A DNA stretch of 64,000 nt from an uncultured virus (IMG/VR IMGVR_UViG_3300009785_002875) (IMGVR_UViG_3300009785_002875); one strand, 5' to 3'; counted from the first letter of the stretch, positions 9,946 to 20,725 are shown. The notes: generated by a model not told the origin, from the letters alone. Made by a program: numbers and translations.

Positions 9946-10176
9946 ATGTATTATCAAGCAATCATCGCATTTGAAACGGGAAATGTAGATAGTGAAGGAA
10001 ACCCAAAAGTTAAAAAATATAAATATATTGTAGAATCTGAATCAGTTTTTGAAGCAAATAAAAGATTAGCTCACTACATCTCTGAAGACACTAGGGACTC
10101 AGAAGTAATATCTGTGGTTAAAGCACCTTACGAAGATATATTACACCCAGAACTAACACCAAATTACTATAAGTAA
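9946..10176 (+). CDS. DUF4494-like protein
   Basis: Start reassigned to ATG 9946: MYYQAIIAFE...KVKKYKYIVESESVFEANKR. Confidence 0.55.
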   Translation: MYYQAIIAFETGNVDSEGNPKVKKYKYIVESESVFEANKRLAHYISEDTRDSEVISVVKAPYEDILHPELTPNYYK

Positions 10177-10208
10177 ATTAGAGTATATTTATAATAAAAA
10201 CAATTATT

Positions 10209-10502
10209 ATGAATTTCTTTAAAAATATGTTAAGTAGTGGGAGTAAAATCTCTAGTAAAAGAACTGTAACTTTTATATGTCTTTTATTTATGTTGATTGG
10301 TTATACCTCAAATTTATTTTGGGACTTTACCGTCGACACTAAATTATTCGAATCTTTACAATGGATTGTAATGGCTGGACTTGGTTTTACTGCTGCTGAG
10401 AATTTTTCACCTAAAACTGAAGAAGCTCCAATAGAAGAAGAACCATCACCATCATCTACAACTGTAACTCATGAATATAATTATGACGATGAAGATTACT
10501 AA
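10209..10502 (+). CDS. Two-TM membrane protein, possible holin
   Basis: ISSKR followed by two hydrophobic helices and an acidic tail; TATTTATA at 10186-10193. Confidence 0.55.
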   Translation: MNFFKNMLSSGSKISSKRTVTFICLLFMLIGYTSNLFWDFTVDTKLFESLQWIVMAGLGFTAAENFSPKTEEAPIEEEPSPSSTTVTHEYNYDDEDY

Positions 10503-10508
10503 AAAAAC

Positions 10509-10535
10509 AAAAACCACCTATTAGGGTGGTTTTTT
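10509..10535. terminator. Bidirectional intrinsic terminator
   Basis: AAAACCACC-TATTAG-GGTGGTTTT between convergent genes. Confidence 0.75.
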
Positions 10536-10559
10536 AATTTCAACATCATGATGTTTTAC

Positions 10560-11240
10560 TTATATCCTTTGACCCATACCTGTTTTGCACCATTCATGTA
10601 AAGCTTTTAATACTGGTTTGTCGGTTCCACAAGCTCTAGGACATCCACTCCTGTGGGAATGTTCACAATATTCCATTAAAATTTCTTTAGTAAGGTGATT
10701 AGTTAGGTCTCCCATTCCAGCAGACTGTTCACCACCCACCATAGGACTCGTTGGTGGTACTAACATTTGTTCGTTTACAATTTTTTCTATTGTAGATATT
10801 AATTCTGATTCAGTAACTTTAATTTTTCTACCACCTTTACCGGCTGGACTTTTTCTAGCTTGCATATCATCTATAGTGGCAGCTCTTGCCTCACCTTTTC
10901 CTCCCGACCATTGAGTTTGTGTGGTGTGACAAGGTTGGCCTACTTGGTTACAGTGAGTATTTACTAACCCTTGTGGGTAAGCTCCAGTTCCAGGAAATAA
11001 ATTTTTACAAGCCTGACAAGTTATATTGTCTTTATTAAAACTACTATTACATTGTGGACAAGCATTCATAGAACCAGCAGAGGATACACAATAAGAACAC
11101 CAAGGTGTACCTTGTTGTTCGTTAATTTTTCCCGTACCACTAACTCGTTTTTTTAATCTTTTTGGTGTCCCCTCATTTAGTATAGTTCTTTTAATAATTT
11201 TTTTTAGTTGTAATTCATTCAACATCTTTTTATTTTTCAT
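10560..11240 (-). CDS. Cys-rich putative head-internal protein
   Basis: LKKIIKRTILNE, INEQ and VTESELISTIEKIVNEQ motifs flank Cys modules. Confidence 0.6.
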   Translation of the reverse strand: MKNKKMLNELQLKKIIKRTILNEGTPKRLKKRVSGTGKINEQQGTPWCSYCVSSAGSMNACPQCNSSFNKDNITCQACKNLFPGTGAYPQGLVNTHCNQVGQPCHTTQTQWSGGKGEARAATIDDMQARKSPAGKGGRKIKVTESELISTIEKIVNEQMLVPPTSPMVGGEQSAGMGDLTNHLTKEILMEYCEHSHRSGCPRACGTDKPVLKALHEWCKTGMGQRI

Positions 11241-11244
11241 AATA

Positions 11245-12063
11245 CTAATAGTTTCTTAATTTACGTCTTATTATACTTTCAAACACACCCATACCATCAG
11301 CGGTATAAGCTGGGTCAGCTGATTGGTTAGATATGTTTATGTTATACGTACCTCCTTCACCAGAACCACTAGTTTCATCCAATTCGTATTCTTCTTCTTC
11401 GTACTGTTCATATTTTGATGTTGGGGTTGCGACTGCTGTTTCAAAACCAACACCCGGACCTCCACTATTACCAAAACCTAACATCATTGCCTGCTCCTTA
11501 ACAATTCTTTCTATTTGTTCGTTCATTTCTCTAGATAATTTTTCTGATGATTTTCCTTTCCCACATGGACCATACTCAACACATTCATTATTCATGTCCA
11601 CCGTTATACAACATTTCCTACCAAACACCCTATCGCCTTCTTCTGTTTTTTCACAGTCATTATATGACATACAACCAGAACTACTATTACCACTATCAAT
11701 CCTACAACCACCACGATTCCATTTCCCTCTCGACCAACAATCCATTCTTTCACTTAATAGGTTAGATTCGTTAATTCTTAATTCGTCTTCGAAATCAAAA
11801 CGGGTTTCTGGTCCAGCAGACTTAGAACGACGTCTATCCTCCCAATCATCGTTTGATGGGTCCACGACCTTTCCACCACCACAAACCCCATATACACCAT
11901 AAAGAGGTTCAGATGGGTTACCAGCATCATGTGCATCAAAATAATCGTCCATACATTCCGTACAACCTTTTTTACTTCTTTTATCACAAGGTAATTTCTT
12001 TTCCAATAGTAATTGTGATTCCTTAATTGTTTTTCTAATTAAATTTTTTAAATTTCTTTTCAT
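11245..12063 (-). CDS. Cys-rich putative head-internal protein
   Basis: LKNLIRKTIKES, LLE, INE, LSE and IVKEQ motifs separate Cys modules. Confidence 0.6.
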   Translation of the reverse strand: MKRNLKNLIRKTIKESQLLLEKKLPCDKRSKKGCTECMDDYFDAHDAGNPSEPLYGVYGVCGGGKVVDPSNDDWEDRRRSKSAGPETRFDFEDELRINESNLLSERMDCWSRGKWNRGGCRIDSGNSSSGCMSYNDCEKTEEGDRVFGRKCCITVDMNNECVEYGPCGKGKSSEKLSREMNEQIERIVKEQAMMLGFGNSGGPGVGFETAVATPTSKYEQYEEEEYELDETSGSGEGGTYNINISNQSADPAYTADGMGVFESIIRRKLRNY

Positions 12064-12069
12064 GTTATT

Positions 12070-13557
12070 CTATGTTTGATTTGTTATTTGAAACTTTGTT
12101 ATTCTCTTATAAATATTAACTTTTTGATTAGAAGTAACCTCTACGTCTATATAGTATTCGTTTGGTATCATATCACCAGTATTTAACAAGAAATAATTGT
12201 GGTTATATGTTCTATTTACATTAGTCCATGGGTGCGTCGTTACCTCTGTTGTTCCTTGGGTTACGTATATTCTATACTTAATATTATCCACAACAACGTG
12301 TCGGTTTACTGTATACGGAACCCTAACAGAAACAAATACCTTCCTAGTGTCTCCAGCTGTTATTTTTTCATCTAATTTTATTCCGTCTATAGAATACCCA
12401 AAATCTTTAGGGGTTTGGTCCATGGGACCTATTTGGTAATAGTCGTCAGCTGACAATACTGTAAATTCATTTGTTATTGTATCTAACGAATTACTATTTA
12501 CTATTAGGTTAGACCATTGGTCGGTAAATTGTGATGGTGTACCGTATGTATCACCACTGATAAGCAAGTCTATGTAGTAGACACCACATGTTAAATTTGT
12601 AGCTGTCATAGAACTATACACACTACTATCACAATCATATATTGTGACTTGTGGTAGGGCATCTAAATTTGTTGGTATCCCACCTGTATTCGTATATAAA
12701 AATAATCTATTAGTTTTATTTAGATAAAATTGATTTCTACTATCACCTATATAATCGTCATATTGTGTTTCTAGATAAGGTTCGTAAAATGTTTGTGTAT
12801 GCCTAGTAAAAAACCCAACACTATAGGATTCGGACAGTCCTGTTAAATTTTCCAAAGTACTAGTAAACGATACGCCGTATGTTATTCCGGTATGTGGGGT
12901 AGCTCCGGTTAATCTATTATTAATTTCATCGGTCATATTGAAGTTAATATTTTCATTTCCGTCACCGAAATTTTGAGTGTCTATTAGTGTGTACGTACCT
13001 GAGTTTGTGTTGTCATATATTCCCTGGGTTGGCCATGGTGTTAATGTTGTAGCTGAATACCAATTACTAGGTCTTTGTGAATAAGGTTCGTCAAATTCTG
13101 GTTCAAATATACCCGGTGCTCTTTTAACATCATAACCAACACCTTCATCCCAACTAGTACCACTAACTCTCCATAAAAATAAACTGAATGATGAGGCTCT
13201 TCTTTTTCCATTAACCAATTTATCATTCAATAAGTTAGTATCAAAAGAAGACGTGTTTGTCATTTTAAGGGTATGTGTGGTTCCCGTACCACCAGAAAGG
13301 TTGATACACCCACTATTAACCTTGTTAATTGTATCGTCAAGATTTAAATCGAATATTAACCTTGAGAATCTACCAGAATTATCAGATGTGTGTCCGGTTC
13401 TACCACCACAAACATCACTAGGAGTACCAGTCCATTTACAACCTCTAAGTGGTTTATCACCATAAAATAATTCGGTAACTGGGTTTTTACCAGAGTTAAC
13501 TAGACTTTTAGCTACAATGGTGTTGTTTTTATTAAAGTAAGATTTGATGATTGACAT
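12070..13557 (-). CDS. Virion structural (baseplate/tail-associated) protein
   Basis: SRLIFD, WDEGVGYD, FFTRHTQTFYEPYLE; beta-rich; late motif at 13573-13580. Confidence 0.55.
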   Translation of the reverse strand: MSIIKSYFNKNNTIVAKSLVNSGKNPVTELFYGDKPLRGCKWTGTPSDVCGGRTGHTSDNSGRFSRLIFDLNLDDTINKVNSGCINLSGGTGTTHTLKMTNTSSFDTNLLNDKLVNGKRRASSFSLFLWRVSGTSWDEGVGYDVKRAPGIFEPEFDEPYSQRPSNWYSATTLTPWPTQGIYDNTNSGTYTLIDTQNFGDGNENINFNMTDEINNRLTGATPHTGITYGVSFTSTLENLTGLSESYSVGFFTRHTQTFYEPYLETQYDDYIGDSRNQFYLNKTNRLFLYTNTGGIPTNLDALPQVTIYDCDSSVYSSMTATNLTCGVYYIDLLISGDTYGTPSQFTDQWSNLIVNSNSLDTITNEFTVLSADDYYQIGPMDQTPKDFGYSIDGIKLDEKITAGDTRKVFVSVRVPYTVNRHVVVDNIKYRIYVTQGTTEVTTHPWTNVNRTYNHNYFLLNTGDMIPNEYYIDVEVTSNQKVNIYKRITKFQITNQT

Positions 13558-13580
13558 ATAAGTTTATTTATATATAAATA

Positions 13581-15320
13581 TCAATTAATCCTTATATTAT
13601 TATTAAGTCCCTCTGTACGGAATTTTTTAAGTTTATTTTCTATTTCTTGTACTGTTGTCCCCCCCCAGGAAGTGGGAACTGGAGCGTCACCAGAACAACT
13701 ATGGGTATGACTAATAGTAAACTCAACAACCATCTCCATTAAATCCATCAATTTATGACCTCTAACTAACGGTTCCGTTTTTTTCTCTATAATGTCAACA
13801 TATTCATATTGACTAATACCATAATTATCGTTTAACTTAAATTCACCTAATTCGGTAGAATTATGGGATAGTAAATAAATTTTATCAGTGCCTACTGTTA
13901 TAACACCATGTTGTTGTGTGTAATCGGGGATTGGTTCTTTTATTGTTATCACAGTTTCGGTTGTTGGGACAGTTCTCTTAGATGGGTTTTCTGTGAAAGC
14001 TAACCCATACCCCTTTGTTTTAACACCTGAAAGTTCTATCTTTTTTATAAATGATAGTATGGATGACCTTACAGAATCAAAATTACCAGAAGTTAAAGAA
14101 CCATATGAAGAAAATAGTGTAGAATTAAAATCAGTTTTTTGATAAAACTTTAATAAATGACCTGCTGGTCTAAAGTATAGTGGGTGACCTTTTAACCCTG
14201 AAACTGATATTTTTCTTTCTAAAGCATCTACAGTAACTGGGTTAAAACCATAAACTGGGTTGTTAGGTGGTTGGGAACCAGAAACTGGTTTTAAAAAATC
14301 ACTATACTCATGTTGGTCAAAGGCGTGTAAAAATTTGTTAATTTCTGTTATAGCATCATCTTGTGTTAAAGTAAATTTAACCGTCATTACATTGTCAGTA
14401 TATAAGTAATTAGTATCTAGATTAGCTTCTTGTGTTAGTGTTATTTTTGAGTCTTTGTGGTTAGGTACTAATGAAAAATTGAGTACAAACTCCAATTCAA
14501 CACCTACATCGTTAAAATCTACCGGGTCTACAAAGTTAGTTATATCATATTCAACAATGACATTAATCTTATCATCATCAACAGTAATAGATTTACCCTT
14601 ATTCTTATCCTCAATACTTAGGGAGTTGGGGAATGTGTTTATTTGTATGAACGACATCTTCTTATTTATGAGTGGTTGTTCCCCTGGGTTGTCTTCACCA
14701 ACAGGCTTAAACTTACCAGCCCTAATTAATATCTGTGGGTTATCGTAAGGTATTGGTTCAACACCAACATTCATAGCCCTAGTTAAGTTACTTTTTTTAT
14801 CTTTAGGTAGGTTTTCTGAAGTACCTAAAATTATGTCTGTGTTTTTTCTACCTTGTATAGCAATATCGTTTGGGTTTGGGTAGACACCTCTTGAGTCCGC
14901 ATTTGATGTTACTGTTGTCCTTGGGTCTTGTCTAGCACCCAGTGTGGTGTGGAACCTACCACTTTCATAACCATCTAAAAACAATAGATTTGGTTGTGAA
15001 ATCATCGGACCTATGTATTCTTTATTGTGTGACTCATTCTCTAAATCATAATACATTATTTTTATCCCTTCTAACTTTTTTGGTATTAGATTTAGGTGTA
15101 TTGGTAAAAATGGTGCAATTAAATACTCATCGGATTTAGACCAAGCTTTGTTGGGGTTGTCTTTGTCCCACTTTTCCACGGCTTTAACTGGGTCGGAAAC
15201 TTGTGGGTTCTGGTCTTTTACAGCTCTAATTCTACCAGCTCTTAACGGGTCATCATTATCCACACAAACCCCAAAATTAATAATTTGTAAACTTGTTACA
15301 CCACCACCAGGTCTAGTCAT
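13581..15320 (-). CDS. Baseplate hub/central spike, gp5-like
   Basis: N-terminal OB motif GVCVDNDDPLRAGRIRA; C-terminal HTH (HxH) tip motif. Confidence 0.65.
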   Translation of the reverse strand: MTRPGGGVTSLQIINFGVCVDNDDPLRAGRIRAVKDQNPQVSDPVKAVEKWDKDNPNKAWSKSDEYLIAPFLPIHLNLIPKKLEGIKIMYYDLENESHNKEYIGPMISQPNLLFLDGYESGRFHTTLGARQDPRTTVTSNADSRGVYPNPNDIAIQGRKNTDIILGTSENLPKDKKSNLTRAMNVGVEPIPYDNPQILIRAGKFKPVGEDNPGEQPLINKKMSFIQINTFPNSLSIEDKNKGKSITVDDDKINVIVEYDITNFVDPVDFNDVGVELEFVLNFSLVPNHKDSKITLTQEANLDTNYLYTDNVMTVKFTLTQDDAITEINKFLHAFDQHEYSDFLKPVSGSQPPNNPVYGFNPVTVDALERKISVSGLKGHPLYFRPAGHLLKFYQKTDFNSTLFSSYGSLTSGNFDSVRSSILSFIKKIELSGVKTKGYGLAFTENPSKRTVPTTETVITIKEPIPDYTQQHGVITVGTDKIYLLSHNSTELGEFKLNDNYGISQYEYVDIIEKKTEPLVRGHKLMDLMEMVVEFTISHTHSCSGDAPVPTSWGGTTVQEIENKLKKFRTEGLNNNIRIN

Positions 15321-15501
15321 CTGCGTTTCTTTTTTTCATTTCGTTATTTAACAAATTATACCTAATTTCCACACTATCTAAATGTTCCGTTAAATTAATA
15401 ACTAAGGTCTTGGTTTTATCAAACTCTTCTTTTAACTTGGACATTTCAATAAGAATGTTCTTGTTCGGCTCGTCTTTATATTTTTTCATTAACTCTTCCA
15501 T
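15313..15501 (-). CDS. Small coiled-coil protein
   Basis: 62-aa ORF filling the gap between co-directional genes. Confidence 0.55.
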   Translation of the reverse strand: MEELMKKYKDEPNKNILIEMSKLKEEFDKTKTLVINLTEHLDSVEIRYNLLNNEMKKRNADD

Positions 15502-15502
15502 T

Positions 15503-17632
15503 TTAACAAGTTACTCCAATACATTTAGTAGGTTCCACTAAAACAGCTCCGGGTGGTCCCTTAGCTATTGTGGGGTATAGAACACTGTGTACCACCCCAT
15601 GTATCGTTTTTTCTTCCTCCATAGCTTCTATTTCAGCAAACTTACCTAAAATAGATTTATTTTCTGACCCGTCTGGCATATCACCAGTGTGTATCCCAAG
15701 AGCTTCTAGTTTGATTATTAGTTTTTGGAATGTTCTTATTGAGTTGGTACCACTCCTAGTTACAGCCGCAAATTGTAAAAACTTATTTGGTGGTCTAAAC
15801 GGTATATCTATACCGGTAGCATCAATCATTTTCAGGATTATAGACAATATTTCCTTACAATTTTGAGCGTTTTGTAAGTCGTCTATAAATGGTAGTAGTG
15901 CTTGGATTAATGACAGTATCATTTTAATTCTTTTACCTTTTTGTGTGGATAGTAACATTTTAACATAAACTATTAACAATTTTATTAAGAATTGTTTAAG
16001 TATTTTAAAAGCTATTTTAATTACTTCGTTTAATATAGCTCTACATATCCTAAAAAACACCCTTTTAAATAATTTAGCAAATTCCGCTGGGTTAGCCGCT
16101 AGTAACGTTTGATTGTTCACTATTATAGCAACTAGAACTATCGGTAATATTACCTTTGTAGACATTAAACCTAACACCATAACAACTGGGAATTGTATTA
16201 TTAACTTTTCCATAAAATGGACACTCCAATTCCAATCCAATTCTTTATAAGCGTCATCTGGCATTTTAGCGATTGAACCAGCAACACCGGTTTGCAGTAT
16301 AGTACTAAAAGCTTTTAACCCATCTCCACCAGAATTTAAAGAAGCTACAATATCATCAGCAGCGGATTCAAAAATAGCTGGGTCTAGAGGTATTTCAATA
16401 TTATCACAACTTTCAAATTTAATAACACCCTTACTTTTTCTTTTAGCTTCTAAATAAAAATTTTGTTCTTCCTCAACGTTAAAGGTAAAAAAATCGTCAG
16501 AATCTAACAATTCCGACAGGTGACTAACACTGTCGGTACTAATCTTACCTAAATCCATACCATCACAAGAAGCCATAATTTTATTTAAGATACCAATTAG
16601 TTTATTAACACCCATAATATCAGCAAAATTCCTAGGGCCGTCATTACCAAAAGACATTCCTAGTCCAGATTGGATTTCTAGTAAAGCTCCCAATAAACCT
16701 TGTAATTCTACAACCCTAATATTGTCAAAATAATCCCTTAAAAATTCCGCAACGGTAAACTTAACTAACCCACCGGGTGAAGGGTTAGAATTATCGTATA
16801 CGGTTTGGTTGTCAGCTGGTGTTGGTCCTTTATAATGTGGACTAATAACAAAACTATCCACACCATCGTATTCTACCGTAAATAGTACATTACCACTCTG
16901 ACCATATACTTGTAATGGTGTGTTTGCGTTTTGTGTTAAATAATGTAAAAACCTATTTAATGGGAAGGGTGTTTGTCCTGGTGGGTACACACCTAAATCG
17001 AAAGGGTTAGCTTCATAACAATACTTACCGACCCCCACATCAGGTACGTTTTTAAGTTGGCTGAATAGGTCTACTTGGTCTACCCTAATAACAATACTAT
17101 TATTTAGTCCGTCACCAACTACCGGTATTTCCGTCGATAGGTCACAATTAAAAGAACGTAGTATTTCATCCACAATTATACCTGGTATTTTTGGTAGTAC
17201 GTTAGAAATTGCTTGTTTGATGATGGTACCCAATATTCTAGAATATTCATTATCCATAGAATTATTAATATGTTTTAACGTTTCTCTTCTGTTTTGTTTT
17301 CGTTGTGCTCTTTTACTAGACCTTTCTTGTTGTTTTTCAGACCTTTTTTGTTTTTTTTCTCTGGACCTCATATTGGCTTTTTCCTCAGCGTCCTCAGAGT
17401 TATAATTTTTAGTGCTTTTAGCTTTAGTTAATTTAATTAAGACCAACATAAGAGCTATCGGATTATGTTCTATACCATCACCAAACGTAGCTCTTAAATC
17501 ACTAAATAATGTTTTCCACTGGTTTAAATTATTTCTTTTTTTTCTTTGTTCAGAAATATCTAATATACTTAGAATACCCTGTAGTTTGGATATAATGTCT
17601 TGTTGTGAGTTTAAAACGTCGGAACCAATCAT
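15503..17632 (-). CDS. Large hypothetical protein with hydrophobic C-terminal region
   Basis: 709-aa ORF upstream of the gp5-like gene. Confidence 0.6.
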   Translation of the reverse strand: MIGSDVLNSQQDIISKLQGILSILDISEQRKKRNNLNQWKTLFSDLRATFGDGIEHNPIALMLVLIKLTKAKSTKNYNSEDAEEKANMRSREKKQKRSEKQQERSSKRAQRKQNRRETLKHINNSMDNEYSRILGTIIKQAISNVLPKIPGIIVDEILRSFNCDLSTEIPVVGDGLNNSIVIRVDQVDLFSQLKNVPDVGVGKYCYEANPFDLGVYPPGQTPFPLNRFLHYLTQNANTPLQVYGQSGNVLFTVEYDGVDSFVISPHYKGPTPADNQTVYDNSNPSPGGLVKFTVAEFLRDYFDNIRVVELQGLLGALLEIQSGLGMSFGNDGPRNFADIMGVNKLIGILNKIMASCDGMDLGKISTDSVSHLSELLDSDDFFTFNVEEEQNFYLEAKRKSKGVIKFESCDNIEIPLDPAIFESAADDIVASLNSGGDGLKAFSTILQTGVAGSIAKMPDDAYKELDWNWSVHFMEKLIIQFPVVMVLGLMSTKVILPIVLVAIIVNNQTLLAANPAEFAKLFKRVFFRICRAILNEVIKIAFKILKQFLIKLLIVYVKMLLSTQKGKRIKMILSLIQALLPFIDDLQNAQNCKEILSIILKMIDATGIDIPFRPPNKFLQFAAVTRSGTNSIRTFQKLIIKLEALGIHTGDMPDGSENKSILGKFAEIEAMEEEKTIHGVVHSVLYPTIAKGPPGAVLVEPTKCIGVTC

Positions 17633-17648
17633 AATTTAAATGGGTTAT

Positions 17649-17993
17649 TTACTGGTCAACTTTATTATTTATTAGTTGATTTATGGCCTCTTTCATGTCG
17701 ACACCTAAAGATTCTGTTTTAACACTACCACTATTATTTTTCTGCAATAACGAACTTTGTATTTTAGAAAGTTGTAGTTTTTTATCTATAGATAAATCTA
17801 TTATTTTTTGTTGTTCTTTTAATACCGGACCAATCAAAACCATATCTGAAGATTCCTTTAATAAAGCAATCATTTTATTTTGGATACGTAGAGCTGTATT
17901 CCTTTGTTCCACACATTCATTGTAAATCTCCTGGAATAGTGACAGTAGACTTTCTTCACTAACTTCTATTTTTTTCTTTTTAGGTCTTGGCAT
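17649..17993 (-). CDS. Hypothetical helical late protein
   Basis: 114 aa; TATTTATT 4 nt before ATG. Confidence 0.6.
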   Translation of the reverse strand: MPRPKKKKIEVSEESLLSLFQEIYNECVEQRNTALRIQNKMIALLKESSDMVLIGPVLKEQQKIIDLSIDKKLQLSKIQSSLLQKNNSGSVKTESLGVDMKEAINQLINNKVDQ

Positions 17994-18010
17994 ATTAATA
18001 AATATGAAAG

Positions 18011-18811
18011 TTACTGGTTTTTAAACGTATCTGAGACTAATTTATATATGCCCTTAAACCTAACTAAAGAATTTCTAATTTCTTTTGTGGTTAATCCGGT
18101 CATTTCACGCAACTGGTATAGTATTACGTTTTTATTGAATTTATTTCCACTCCCAGCTATAAAAATTTCTTCGTAGTTTTCAAATACTTCAACCAAAGAC
18201 ACACCAACCTTAGTTTCATTGTCTGTTAGTCTATTTTCAACCATAAAGACTTTTATACTGTCTAATAAGTTTTTAATTAGTATTTCTATCGACGGTTCAT
18301 CATCTTTCATCTCATAACTATACCCCTCCCTATATCCGTTTTCGAATGAAGGAGCTATATCTTCATAACTTATTTTTCTATTTCTTTCTTTTTGGTCCTT
18401 CATTATTTGACCCATTAAATAATTTTTACAAATAGTACCGAAATAAGAATAAGCTTTTTTACCTTTTTCTGGTTTAAATTTATCACATTTAGTTATTAGG
18501 AAAGATAATGTGTCAGCGTGGATATCTTCATAAACCATATCGTGTCTATAAAGTTTATACCTACGTACTATACTCTCAACCATTTTATTTAGTGGTGCAC
18601 GTAAATCACTATTATAAACCCTATTTTTTTCATCCCAAGTAGTAGCTGTTAAAAACACCCTAACAGCATCTTCTTGAACTTGCCCAAAATACGGTTTTGT
18701 TTTTGGTCTCCTACCTTTTTTAGGTTTCTCTAATTGGGTTTCTGTAGTCCCACTTATATCGGTCATTGTAACACCACTTACACCCCCTATACTACCTGAT
18801 AACGTAACCAT
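18011..18811 (-). CDS. Late-transcription sigma factor (T4 gp55-like)
   Basis: PYFGQVQEDAV...KFKPEKGKKAYSYFGTICKNYL, a sigma region-2-like motif. Confidence 0.7.
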   Translation of the reverse strand: MVTLSGSIGGVSGVTMTDISGTTETQLEKPKKGRRPKTKPYFGQVQEDAVRVFLTATTWDEKNRVYNSDLRAPLNKMVESIVRRYKLYRHDMVYEDIHADTLSFLITKCDKFKPEKGKKAYSYFGTICKNYLMGQIMKDQKERNRKISYEDIAPSFENGYREGYSYEMKDDEPSIEILIKNLLDSIKVFMVENRLTDNETKVGVSLVEVFENYEEIFIAGSGNKFNKNVILYQLREMTGLTTKEIRNSLVRFKGIYKLVSDTFKNQ

Positions 18812-18814
18812 AGA

Positions 18815-19600
18815 CTAGTTTTCGTATTCTATAGCCCTATCATATGTGAAGAAATATTCTTTTTTTGCTTGCTCCACCCAAAAATTAGCTTCTTCTGACT
18901 TTAGTGGTTCTGAACCATTTTTGTAATCCCAAAACAAAGAGAACTCTCTCATATTTGCATGTTTGTACCCAATTTTAGGTATTGTCATTATTTGTGCGTC
19001 GTTATATGTAGCTCTAAGTAAGAATTCGTATATGAATGTTAATTTCATAGAAGGTTTTAGTGCTCCTGAACCCTCAAGGAATTCCTTTTTAATTACAGCT
19101 CCAGATAGTTGGAAGTTTTGGTAGTTTAGTAGTGTGTTATTGTCCAGTATCCCCAATTTTTCGGAGAATTTCATAGCCCAAACAGATTCATTAGTAAATC
19201 CTAAAAATTTATTTTCAGTATCTACATCAACAACTAACGGTAAGAATATATCAATTTCATCATATGAACTAACATACTCTTCAACATTTTTAAACCAATG
19301 TCTAGAATACTCATCATCGAATTCTAAAATAGAAAACCATTCAGTATCAATATTTTCAACACCATAATTTACTTGTGAACAAAAATCAGTTTCACCGGGG
19401 TTTTCTAATATTATAACCTCTAGTTCTTTTGGTTTTTCCCACGAATCTAAGAACGATTTAAGTTCTTTATCCTTACTACATACAATGTATAGTTTTTTTG
19501 GTTTAACTTCTTGATTTACGATACTTTGTATCGATTTATTAAAATAGTCCTCAAAACTATTTTTATTCTCATTTACTGGTAAAATTACACTTACATCCAT
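18815..19600 (-). CDS. Glycosyltransferase family 2-like
   Basis: VSVILPV, SIQSIVNQ, WFSILEFDD. Confidence 0.8.
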   Translation of the reverse strand: MDVSVILPVNENKNSFEDYFNKSIQSIVNQEVKPKKLYIVCSKDKELKSFLDSWEKPKELEVIILENPGETDFCSQVNYGVENIDTEWFSILEFDDEYSRHWFKNVEEYVSSYDEIDIFLPLVVDVDTENKFLGFTNESVWAMKFSEKLGILDNNTLLNYQNFQLSGAVIKKEFLEGSGALKPSMKLTFIYEFLLRATYNDAQIMTIPKIGYKHANMREFSLFWDYKNGSEPLKSEEANFWVEQAKKEYFFTYDRAIEYEN

Positions 19601-19618
19601 AATATTCTTATTTTATAT

Positions 19619-20725
19619 TTATTTTTCCATTTTAATTAACTCTGGCTTATCATCTTTTACTTCTCCTACTGATGTGAATTTTTCTAATTGTTGTTCTAAT
19701 TCTTTAATTTTTCTGTCGTATATAGTCCCGAATACGGAATTAACCGATTCTTTAAATTTATCCACTGTATAATTTTCTTGTATGGTTTTCTCCATAGAAC
19801 TATACAAATCTTCTGGTATTTCATCCTCTAACCATTTTTGTACGAATTGTCCTAGGATGTCGACAATACCATTAGTGTCAAAAGTCCATATACCATTATC
19901 TTCAGTTAACCAATCCGGTTTTAGGTTAGGTACCTTACCAATTACCGGAACACCACATTTCATGGATTCTAATGGGAAAGTACCAAAACCACTAATATCA
20001 TCTATCCAAACAGAAACAAAAGACTCTGATAAATCTTCAGCAAACCTATCCAAACTTAAACCCCTCAAATCTCTAAATGTAATCCATTTAAATTGTGGGT
20101 ATTTTAAATAGAAGGATTTGATTAGTTTCATCGTATCTCTACCTTCTCTAGTGTGTACAGCGATTAATGGTGGTTGTGGTTTATCTGATTTTGTGAATTT
20201 TTCACTTACTTTGGGTGTTATTTGTTCGAATTTCACCGTAGTCATCAAACCCTCTAAATACTTTTGTTGTGCTGGGGAAGTTGTTATAGCTCTATGTGCC
20301 CCATAAACAGGCCAAGTCATTCCTGGTGGTAATGTTTCTAATACATAATCGTAAGATTGTGAAAACATCATTTTTTCACAAGGCATATCTTTAGTTTGTT
20401 CCAAAACATGTCCGAACACTTCAGGGATGATAACTATATCACTCATGTGTACTTGAACTGTTTTAGCTTCTATAGACACATGTGGGATACCACTGTAGTC
20501 CTCACCTAGCCAAGTAGTTACATCATGAAAATCTTTTTTCTCATGCATTATGTTAGCGTTATAACCTAGACTCCTAAGTTCTTTAACTATATCATACGTT
20601 AAAGTCACAGAAGCTTTAGCGTGACCTTTAGTGTCCATAGTTAAAAAGTAAATTGCTGATTCTTTTTTTCTTAATACCTCTAAGGCATGTGTTAATTTAA
20701 TAACTTGTTCATTTAATTTATTCAT
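19619..20725 (-). CDS. Glycosyltransferase, GT-B
   Basis: IVIIPEV; SGFGTFPLESMKCGVPVIG. Confidence 0.75.
   Translation of the reverse strand: MNKLNEQVIKLTHALEVLRKKESAIYFLTMDTKGHAKASVTLTYDIVKELRSLGYNANIMHEKKDFHDVTTWLGEDYSGIPHVSIEAKTVQVHMSDIVIIPEVFGHVLEQTKDMPCEKMMFSQSYDYVLETLPPGMTWPVYGAHRAITTSPAQQKYLEGLMTTVKFEQITPKVSEKFTKSDKPQPPLIAVHTREGRDTMKLIKSFYLKYPQFKWITFRDLRGLSLDRFAEDLSESFVSVWIDDISGFGTFPLESMKCGVPVIGKVPNLKPDWLTEDNGIWTFDTNGIVDILGQFVQKWLEDEIPEDLYSSMEKTIQENYTVDKFKESVNSVFGTIYDRKIKELEQQLEKFTSVGEVKDDKPELIKMEK

Noticed and set aside
17649..17993. Small terminase assignment
   Set aside because: Size, helicity and late promoter fit, but no diagnostic motif is visible; left as hypothetical.
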